From: the human T2T-CHM13v2.0 reference genome, Homo sapiens
Length of the DNA: 64,000 bases
NCBI RefSeq assembly: GCF_009914755.1
Contig: NC_060948.1
Reading direction: 5' to 3' (one strand)
Position numbers and translations under genes: made by a program. The notes under the pieces were generated by a model. The model was given only the letters and a program-made list of their open reading frames with translations, ran no database searches and was not told the origin of the DNA. Position 1 is the stretch's first letter; every line of letters begins with the position of its first letter. Positions 1 through 10,671 of the stretch are shown one piece after another.

Positions 1-244
1 GAAAGGCTGGGTGTCGAAAGGAATTGACTCCAATGGAATGGAATCGAATGGAATGGAAGTGAATAGAATCGAACTAAATCGAATGGAATGGAATTGATAG
101 GAACGGAATGGAAAGGAATGCAATGATTTGGCATGGAATGGAATCGAATGGCATCGAATGGAATGGAATGGAATGCAATGGAATGGAATGTATTAGAATG
201 TAATGAACTTTAATGGAATGTACTCGAATGGATTCGACTGGAAT

Positions 245-259
245 GGAATGTTCTGGAAG
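245..259. promoter_or_regulatory. Perfect heat-shock element motif gGAAtgTTCtgGAAg (HSE-1; present in all 18 units)
   Basis: Exact match to nGAAnnTTCnnGAAn, read in each unit. Binding is inferred, not shown. Confidence 0.6.
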
Positions 260-524
260 TGAATGGACTCCAATGGAATGGATTCAAAAGGAATGGAATC
301 GTACGGAATGGAATCTAATGGAATGGAATTAAATGGAAATGAATCAAATTGAATAGCACGGAATTGAATTGAATGGAAAGGAATGCAATGGAATCTAATG
401 AAACGGAAAGGAAAGGAATGGAATGGAATGGAATGGACTGGAATGGAAAGGAATCGAAACGAATGGAATGGAATCGAACTGAAGAGACTGGAATGGAATG
501 CACTGGAATGGAAGGGAGTGTAAT

Positions 525-539
525 GGAAGGTTCTCGAAA
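525..539. promoter_or_regulatory. Perfect heat-shock element motif gGAAggTTCtcGAAa (HSE-2; present in all 18 units)
   Basis: Exact match to nGAAnnTTCnnGAAn, read in each unit. Binding is inferred, not shown. Confidence 0.6.
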
Positions 540-1565
540 AAAATGGAATCGAATGGAATGGAATTGAATGGAACGGAATAGAGTCGAATGGAATTGAATG
601 GAATGGAATGGACTAGAGTGAAATGGAATCGAACCACAAGGAATGGACAGGAATAGAATGGTCTCGAATTGAATGGAATCGTATGGAATGGCATCAAACG
701 GAATGGAATGGACAGCCACGGAATGGAATGCACTCGAATGCAATGGAGTCGAAACTAATGGACTGGAATAGAATGGACTCGACTGGTACGGACTCCAATG
801 GAATGGAATCGAATGGAAGGGAATCGAACGGAAGGGAATCGAACGGAATGGACTCGAAGGGAAAAGACTGCAATGGAAAGGTCTCGAATGGAATGGAAAT
901 TAATGGAATGGAATGGAATCGAATGAAATGGAGTCAAAAGGAATGGAATCGAATGGCAAGAAATCGAATGTAATGGAATCGCAAGGAATTGATGTGAACG
1001 GAACGGAATGGAATGGAATCCAAAGGAATGGAATAGAATGGAATGGAATCGAATGGAAAGGACTCCAATGGAAATCACTCGAATAGAATGCAATTTAATA
1101 AAATAGGATCAAATGTAATGGAATGGAATGGAAAGGAATCGAAACGAAAGGAATGGAGACAGATGGAATGGAATGGAACAGAGAGCAATGGTATAGAATG
1201 GAATGGAATCATCTGGAATGGAATTGAATGGAATGGAATAATATGAAATGGAATGGAATGGAATGGAATGGAATGCCCTTGAATTAAATGGACTGGAATG
1301 GAATGGACTCAAACAGAGTGGAATGGAAAGTGTTGAGATAGAATGGAATGAACTTCTTTGGAATGGTCTAGTAGGCAATGCAATCGACTGGCAGGGAATC
1401 AAAAGGAATGTAATCGAATAGATTGGACTGGAATGCAATGGACTCGAATAGATTGGAAACGGAATGCAAAGGAATGGAATGGAATAGTATGGAATGGAAT
1501 GGAAAGGAATGGAGTGGAATAGACTAGAGTGGAATGGAATGGACTGGAAAGCAATGGACTGGAAT

Positions 1566-1580
1566 GGAACTTTCTTGAAT
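1566..1580. promoter_or_regulatory. Perfect heat-shock element motif gGAActTTCttGAAt (HSE-3; intact in 12 units, last GAA changed to GGA in types B and C)
   Basis: Exact match in units 1, 4, 7 and 10-18; reads TTCTTGGATG in units 2, 3, 5, 6, 8 and 9. Confidence 0.55.
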
Positions 1581-3317
1581 GGACTGGAATCAAACGGAAT
1601 GGAATGCAATGCAATCAAATGGCATGGAATAAAATAGAATGAAAGAGAATCAAATGGAATTGAATCGAATGGAATCGAATGGATTGGAAAGGAATAGAAT
1701 GGAATGGAATGGAATTGACTCAAATGGAATGGACTAGAATGGAATGGATTCGAATGGAAGGCAAAGGAATGGAATCTATTGGAATGGACTGTAATGGAAT
1801 GGAATGGAAGGGATTGGAATGGACTCGAATGGAATGGACTGCAATAGAAAGGATTCGAATGGAATGAAAAAGAATTGAATGGAATAGAACAGAATGGAAT
1901 CTAATCGAATGAAATGGAATGGAATAGAAAGGAATGGAATGAAATGGAATGAAAAGGATTCGAATGGAATGCAATCGAATGGAATGGAATCGAACGGAAT
2001 GGAATAAAATGGAAGAAAACTGGCAAGAAATGGAATCGAAATGAATGGAGTGTTATGGAACGGACTCAAAAGGAATTGAATGTAATAGAATGGAGTGGAG
2101 TGGACTCGAATATAATGGACTGGAATGGAATGAAATCACATGGAATGGGAACGAATGGAATGGAATGGAAAGGAATGGAATCGAATGGAAAGGAATCGAA
2201 TGGAAGGGAATGAAATTGAATCAACAGGAATGGAAGGGAATAGAATAGACGGTAATGGAATGGACTCGAATAGAATGGACACGAATGCTCAAATTGAATG
2301 GACTCGAATGGAATGGAAACGAAAGGAATGTCATCGAATGGAATTGAATCGATTGGAATGAAATCGCATAGAATGGAGTGGAATCAAATGGAATTGAATC
2401 GAAAGGAAAGGAAGCGAATGGACTGAAATGAAATGGAATGGAATTGAATGGAAAGTAATGCAATGGAATAGAATGGAACGAAATTTCACGGAATGGAATC
2501 AAACTGAATGGAATCAAATCAATGGAATCAAATCAAATGGAATGGAAAGGAATTGAATGGAGTAGATTGGATTGGATGGGATTGGAATGAAATGTACTGG
2601 AAAGGACTCGAATTTCATGAAACGGAATGGAATGAATTGGAACGGAATGGACTCGAATGGAATGGAATGTCATGGAATGGCATCAAATGGAATGGCATCA
2701 AATGGAATGGAATCGAATGCAATGGAATGCTATGGAATGGAATGGAATGCATTGGAATGGAATGTCCTCTAATGGAATGGATTCGAGTGGAATGGAATCG
2801 AATATAATGGAGTCGAATGAAATGGAATTGAAAGGAATGGGATCGAATACAATGGAATATACTGGAATGTAATGTAATGAACTCGAATGTAATTGACTGG
2901 AATGGAATGTAATCGAATGGAAAGTAATCCAATGGAATAGAATCTAATGCAATAAAATCGACTCAGATAGAGTAGAATGTAATGGAATGGAGTGCAGTGC
3001 AATGGAATGGAATGGAATGGAATGCAATGGAATGGAATGGAATGGAATGGAATGGAATGGAATGGAATGGAATGGAATGGAATGGAATGGGATGGAATGG
3101 TATGGAATGGATAGTAATGGACTGGAATGAAATGGACTGGAAAAGAATGGACTCAAATTGAAAGGGCTCGAAAGGAATGGAGTCAAATGGAATTGTCTGG
3201 AATGGAATGAACACGAATGTAATGCAATCCAATAGAATGGAATCGAATGGCATGGAATATAAAGAAATGGAATCGAAGAGAATGGAAACAAATGGAATGG
3301 AATTGAATGGCATGGAA

Positions 3318-3471
3318 TTGAATGGAATGGGAACGAATGGAGTGAAATTGTATGCAGTAGAAGAGAATAGAATGGAATGCAAGCGAAAGGAAAGGAATGG
3401 ATTGCAATGGAATGGAATTCATTGGAATGGAAGGGAATGTAGTGTAATGGACAGGCCTGGAATAAAGTGGA
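3318..3471 (+). other. Target of the classic DYZ1 Y1.1/Y1.2 sex-determination PCR (154-bp span here; one per unit)
   Basis: TTGAATGGAATGGGAACGAATGG at 3318-3340 and GGACAGGCCTGGAATAAAGTGGA at 3449-3471 match the Y1.2 primer and the reverse complement of Y1.1. Primer sequences are recalled from memory and should be verified. Confidence 0.8.
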
Positions 3472-3584
3472 ATGCTACGGTCTCGAATGGAATAAAAATG
3501 TATGGAATGGAATGCAATGAAACGGAATCGAATGTCATAGAATGTAATGGAATGCAAAAAAATGGAATCCAAAATCATTGACTG

Positions 3585-6500
3585 GAAAGGCTGGGTGTCG
3601 AAAGGAATTGACTGCAATGGAATGGAATCGAATGGAATGGAAGTGAATAGAATCGAACTAAATCGAATGGAATGGAATTGATAGGAACGGAATGGAAAGG
3701 AATGCAATGATTTGGCATGGAATGGAATCGAATGGCATCAAATGGAATGGAATGGAATGCAATGGAATGGAATGTATTAGAATGTAATGAACATTAATGG
3801 AATGTACTCGAATGGATTCGACTGGAATGGAATGTTCTGGAAGTGAATGGACTCCAATGGAATGGATTCGAAAGGAATGGAATCGAACGGAATGGAATCT
3901 AATGGAATGGAATTAAATGGAAATGAATCAAATTGAATAGCACGGAATTGAATTGAATGGAATCGAATGCAATGGAATCTAATGAAACGGAAAGGAAAGA
4001 ATGGAATGGAATGGAATGGGCTGGAATGGAAAGGAATCGAAACGAATGGAATGGAATCGAACTGAAGAGACTGGAATGGAATGCACTGGAATGGAAGGGA
4101 GTGTAATGGAAGGTTCTCGAAAAAAATGGAATCGAATGGAATGGAATTGAATGGAACGGAATAGAGTCGCATGGAATTGAATGGAGTGGAATGGACTAGA
4201 GTGAAATGGAATCGAACGAAAAGGAATGGACAGGAATGGAATGGTCTCGAATTGAATGGAATCGTATGGAATGGCATCAAACGGAATGGAATGGACAGCC
4301 ACGGAATGGAATGCACTCGAATGCAATGGAGTCGAAACTAATGGACTGGAATAGAATGGACTCGACTGGTATGGACTCCAATGGAATGGAATCGAATGGA
4401 AGGGAATCGAACGGAATGGACTCGAAGGGAAAAGACTGCAATGGAAAGGTCTCGAATGGAATGGAAATTAATGGAATGGAATGGAATCGAATGAAATGGA
4501 GTCAAAAGGAATGGAATCGAATGGCAAGAAATCGAATGTAATGGAATCGCAAGGAATTGATGTGAACGGAACGGAATGGAATGGAATCCAAAGGAATGGA
4601 ATAGAATGGAATGGAATCGAATGGAAAGGACTCGAATGGAAATCACTCGAATAGAATGAAATTTAATAAAATAGGATCAAATGTAATAGAATGGAATGGA
4701 AAGGAATCGAAACGGAAGGAATGGAGACAGATGGAATGGAATGGAACAGAGAGCAATGGTATAGAATGGAATGGAATCATCTGGAATGGAATTGAATGGA
4801 ATGGAATAATATGAAATGGAATGGAATGGAATGGAATGGAATGCCCTTGAATTAAATGGACTGGACTCGAACAGAGTGGAATGGAAAGTGTTGAGATAGA
4901 ATGGAATGGACTCCTTTGGAATGGTGTACTATGCAATGCAATCGACTGGCAGGGAATCAAAAGGAATGTAATCGAATGGATTGGACTGGAATGCAATGGA
5001 CTCGAATAGATTGGAAACGGAATGCAAAGGAATGGAATGGAATAGTATGGAATGCAATGGAAGGGAATGGAGTGGAATAGACTAGAGTGGAATGGAATGG
5101 ACTGGAAAGCAATGGAGTGGAATGGAACTTTCTTGGATGGACTGGAATCAAACGGAATGGAATGCAATGCAATCAAATGGCATGGAATAAAATAGAATGA
5201 AAGAGAATCAAATGGAATTGAATCGAATGGAATCGAATGGATTGGAAAGGAATAGAATGGAATGGAATGGAATTGACTCAAATGGAATGGACTAGAATGG
5301 AATGGATTCGAATGGAAGGCAAAGGAATGGAATCTATTGGAATGGACTGTAATGGAATGGAATGGAAGGGATTGGAATGGACTCGAATGGAATGGACTGC
5401 AATAGAAAGGATTCGAATGGAATGAAAAAGAATTGAATGGAATAGAACAGAATGGAATCAAATCGAATGGAATGGAATGGAATAGAAAGGAATGGAATGA
5501 AATGGAATGGAAAGGATTCGAATGGAATGCAATCGAATGGAATGGAATCGAACGGAATGGAATAAAATGGAAGAAAACTGGCAAGAAATGGAATCGAAAT
5601 GAATGGAGTGTTATGGAATGGACTCAAAAGGAATTGAATGTAATAGAATGGAGTGGAGTGGACTCGAATATAATGGACTGGAATGGAATGAAATCACATG
5701 GAATGGGAACGAATGGAATGGAATGGAAAGGAATGGAATCGAATGGAAAGGAATCGAATGGAAGGGAATGAAATTGAATCAACAGGAATGGGAGGGAATA
5801 GAATAGACTGTAATGGAATGGACTCGAATAGAATGGACACGAATGCTCAAATTAAATTGACTCGAATGGAATGGAAACGAAAGGAATGTCATCGAATGGA
5901 ATTGAATCGATTGGAATGAAATTGCATAGAATGGAGTGGAATCAAATGGAATTGAATCGAAAGGAAAGGAAGCGAATGGACTGAAATGAAATGGAATGGA
6001 ATTGAATGGAAAGTAATGCAATGGAATAGAATGGAACGAAATTTCACGGAATGGAATCAAACTGAATGGAATCAAATCAATGGAATCAAATCAAATGGAA
6101 TTGAAAGGAATTGAATGGAGTAGATGGGATTGGATGGGATTGGAATGAAATGTACTGGAAAGGACTCGAATTTCATGAAACGGAATGGAATGAATTGGAA
6201 AGGAATGGACTCGAATGGAATGGAATGTCATGGAATGGCATCAAATGGAATGGCATCAAATGGAATGGAATCGAATGCAATGGAATGCTGTGGAATGGAA
6301 TGGAATGCATTGGAATGGAATGTCCTCTAATGGAATGGATTCGAGTGGAATGGAATTGAATATAATGGAGTCGAATGAAATGGAATTGAAAGGAATGGGA
6401 TCGAATACAATGGAATATACTGGAATGTAACGTAATGAACTCGAATGTAATTGACTGGAATGGAATGTACATGAATGGAATGTAATCGAATGGAAAGTAG

Positions 6501-7107
6501 TCCAATGGAATAGAATCTAATGCAATAAAATCGACTCAGATAGAGTAGAATGTAATGGAATGGAGTGCAGTGCAATGGAATGGAATGGAATGGAATGGAA
6601 TGGAATGGAATGGGATGGAATGGTATGGAATGGATAGTAATGGACTGGAGTGAAATGGACTGGAAAGGAATGGACTCAAATTGAAAGGTCTCGAAAGGAA
6701 TGGAGTCAAATGGAATGGTCTGGAATGGAATGAACACGAATGTAATGCAATCCAATAGAATGGAATCGAATGGCATGGAATATAAAGAAATGGAATCGAA
6801 GAGAATGGAAACAAATGGAATGAAATTGAATGGAATGGAATTGAATGGAATGTGAACGAATGGAGTGAAATTGTATGCAGTAGAAGAGAATAGAATGGAA
6901 TGCAAGCGAAAGGAAAGGAATGGATTGGAATGGAATGGAATTCATTGGAATGGAAGGGAATGTAGTGTAATGGACAGGCCTGGAATAAAGTGGAATGCTA
7001 CGGTCTCGAATGGAATAAAAATGTATGGAATGGAATGCAATGAAACGGAATCGAATGTCATAGAATGTAATGGAATGCAAAAAAATGGAATCCAAAATCA
7101 TTGAATG
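3585..7107 (+). repeat. DYZ1 unit 2 (3,523 bp; type B)
   Basis: 1-bp deletion at ~3999, 10-bp deletion at ~4860, short 7-pentamer tract at 6577-6611; markers GAGTCGCATG, GGAGGGAATA, TGTGAACG. Confidence 0.92.
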
Positions 7108-10100
7108 GAAAGGCTGGGTGTCGAAAGGAATTGACTCCAATGGAATGGAATCGAATGGAATGGAAGTGAATAGAATCGAACTAAATCGAATGGAATGGAA
7201 TTGATAGGAACGGAATGGAAAGGATTGCAATGATTTGGCATGGAATGGAATCGAATGGCATCGAATGGAATGGAATGGAATGCAATGGAATGGAATGTAT
7301 TAGAATGTAATGAACTTTAATGGAATGTACTCGAATGGATTCGACTGGAATGGAATGTTCTGGAAGTGAATGGACTCCAATGGAATGGATTCAAAAGGAA
7401 TGGAATCGTACGGAATGGAATCTAATGGAATGGAATTAAATGGAAATGAATCAAATTGAATAGCACGGAATTGAATTGAATGGAATGGAATGCAATGGAA
7501 TCTAATGAAACGGAAAGGAAAGGAATGGAATGGAATGGAATGGGCTGGAATGGAAAGGAATCGAAACGAATGGAATGGAATCGAAGTGAAGAGACTGGAA
7601 TGGTATGCACTGGAATGGAAGGGAGTGTAATGGAAGGTTCTCGAAAAAAATGGAATCGAATGGAATGCAATTGAATGGAACGGAATAGAGTCGAATGGAA
7701 TTGAATGGAATGGAATGGACTAGAGTGAAATGGAATCGAACCACAAGGAATGGACAGGAATAGAATGGTCTCGAATTGAATGGAATCGTATGGAATGGCA
7801 TCAAACGGAATGGAATGGACAGCCACGGAATGGAATGCACTCGAATGCAATGGAGTCGAAACTAATGGACTGGAATAGAATGGACTCGACTGGTACGGAC
7901 TCCAATGGAATGGAATCGAATGGAAGGGAATCGAACGTAATGGACTCGAAGGGAAAAGACTGCAATGGAAAGGTCTCGAATGGAATGGAAATTAATGGAA
8001 TGGAATGGAATCGAATGAAATGGAGTCAAAAGGAATGGAATCGAATGGCAAGAAATCGAATGTAATGGAATCGCAAGGAATTGATGTGAACGGAACGGAA
8101 TGGAATGGAATCCAAAGGAATGGAATAGAATGGAATGGAAACGAATGGAAAGGACTCCAATGGAAATCACTCGAATAGAATGCAATTTAATAAAATAGGA
8201 TCAAATGTAATAGAATGGAATGGAAAGGAATCGAAACGGAAGGAATGGAGACAGATGGAATGGAATGGAACAGAGAGCAATGGTATAGAATGGAATGGAA
8301 TCATCTGGAATGGAATTGAATGGAATGGAATGATATGAAATGGAATGGAATGGAATGGAATGGAATGCCCTTGAATTAAATGGACTGGACTCGAACAGAG
8401 TGGAATGGAAAGTGTTGAGATAGAATGGAATGGACTCCTTTGGAATGGTGTAGTATGCAATGCAATCGACTGGCAGGGAATCAAAAGGAATGTAATCGAA
8501 TGGATTGGACTGGAATGCAATGGACTCGAATAGATTGGAAACGGAATGCAAAGGAATGGAATGGAATAGTATGGAATGCAATGGAAGGGAATGGAGTGGA
8601 ATAGACTAGAGTGGAATGGAATGGACTGGAAAGCAATGGAGTGGAATGGAACTTTCTTGGATGGACTGGAATCAAACGGAATGGAATGCAATGCAATCAA
8701 ATGGCATGGAATAAAATAGAATGAAAGAGAATCAAATGGAATTGAATCGAATGGAATCGAATGGATTGGAAAGGAATAGAATGGAATGGAATGGAATTGA
8801 CTCAAATGGAATGGACTAGAATGGAATGGATTCGAATGGAAGGCAAAGGAATGGAATCTATTGGAATGGACTGTAATGGAATGGAATGGAAGGGATTGGA
8901 ATGGACTCGAATGGAATGGACTGCAATAGAAAGGATTCGAATGGAATGAAAAAGAATTGAATGGAATAGAACAGAATGGAATCAAATCGAATGGAATGGA
9001 ATGGAATAGAAAGGAATGGAATGAAATGGAATGGAAAGGATTCGAATGGAATGCAATCGAATGGAATGGAATCGAACGGAATGGAATAAAATGGAAGAAA
9101 ACTGGCAAGAAATGGAATCGAAATGAATGGAGTGTTATGGAACGGACTCAAAAGGAATTGAATGTAATAGAATGGAGTGGAGTGGACTCGAATATAATGG
9201 ACTGGAATGGAATGAAATCACATGGAATGGGAACGAATGGAATGGAATGGAAAGGAATGGAATCGAATGGAAAGGAATCGAATGGAAGGGAATGAAATTG
9301 AATCAACAGGAATGGAAGGGAATAGAATAGACTGTAATGGAATGGACTCGAATAGAATGGACACGAATGCTCAAATTAAATGGACTCGAATGGAATGGAA
9401 ACGAAAGGAATGTCATCGAATGGAATTGAATCGATTGGAATGAAATCGCATAGAATGGAGTGGAATCAAATGGAATTGAATCGAAAGGAAAGGAAGCGAA
9501 TGGACTGAAATGAAATGGAATGGAATTGAATGGAAAGTAATGCAATGGAATAGAATGGAACGAAATTTCACGGAATGGAATCAAACTGAATGGAATCAAA
9601 TCAATGGAATCAAATCAAATGGAATGGAAAGGAATTGAATGGAGTAGATGGGATTGGATGGGATTGGAATGAAATGTACTGGAAAGGACTCGAATTTCAT
9701 GAAACGGAATGGAATGAATTGGAACGGAATGGACTCGAATGGAATGGAATGTCATGGAATGGCATCAAATGGAATGGCATCAAATGGAATGGAATCGAAT
9801 GCAATGGAATGCTATGGAATGGAATGGAATGCATTGGAATGGAATGTCCTGTAATGGAATGGATTCGAGTGGAATGGAATTGAATGTAATGGAGTCGAAT
9901 GAAATGGAATTGAAAGGAATGGGATCGAATACAATGGAATATACTGGAATGTAACGTAATGAACTCGAATGTAATTGACTGGAATGGAATGTACATGAAT
10001 GGAATGTAATCGAATGGAAAGTAATCCAATGGAATAGAATCTAATGCAATAAAATCGACTCAGATAGAGTAGAATGTAATGGAATGGAGTGCAGTGCAAT

Positions 10101-10671
10101 GGAATGGAATGGAATGGAATGCAATGGAATGGAATGGAATGGAATGGAATGGAATGGAATGGAATGGAATGGAATGGGATGGAATGGTATGGAATGGATA
10201 GTAATGGACTGGAATGAAATGGACTGGAAAAGAATGGACTCAAATTGAAAGGGCTCGAAAGGAATGGAGTCAAATGGAATGGTCTGGAATGGAATGAACA
10301 CGAATGTAATGCAATCCAATAGAATGGAATCGAATGGCATGGAATATAAAGAAATGGAATCGAAGAGAATGGAAACAAATGGAATGGAATTAAATGGAAT
10401 GGAATTGAATGGAATGGGAACGAATGGAGTGAAATTGTATGCAGTAGAAGAGAATAGAATGGAATGCAAGCGAAAGGAAAGGAATGGATTGCAATGGAAT
10501 GGAATTCATTGGAATGGAAGGGAATGTAGTGTAATGGACAGGCCTGGAATAAAGTGGAATGCTACGGTCTCGAATGGAATAAAAATGTATGGAATGGAAT
10601 GCAATGAAACGGAATCGAATGTCATAGAATGTAATGGAATGCAAAAAAATGGAATCCAAAATCATTGACTG
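7108..10671 (+). repeat. DYZ1 unit 3 (3,564 bp; type C)
   Basis: Markers AGGATTGCAA, TCGAAGTGAA, TGGTATGCAC, TCGAACGTAA, TGATATGAAA; 10-bp deletion shared with type B. Confidence 0.92.

Larger units (their letters stand above)
1..3584 (+). repeat. DYZ1 unit 1 (3,584 bp; X-type start, D-type end)
   Basis: Anchor-to-anchor spacing. Has a private 15-bp duplication at 815-844, lacks the 15-bp GTACATGAATGGAAT segment, and has 12 pure GGAAT at 3029-3088. Confidence 0.92.

Noticed and set aside
1092-1108. AT-rich ATTTAATAAAATAGG and other AATAAA hexamers (e.g. 3461) as TATA or poly(A) signals
   Set aside because: AATAAA arises easily from GGAAT variants, and no GU/U-rich downstream element or transcript evidence is visible. 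3'-end sequencing would be needed.
2609-2622. CGAATTTCATGAA as a further HSE
   Set aside because: GAA-TTC spacing is 1 bp, not 2, so only a two-box TTCnnGAA remains.
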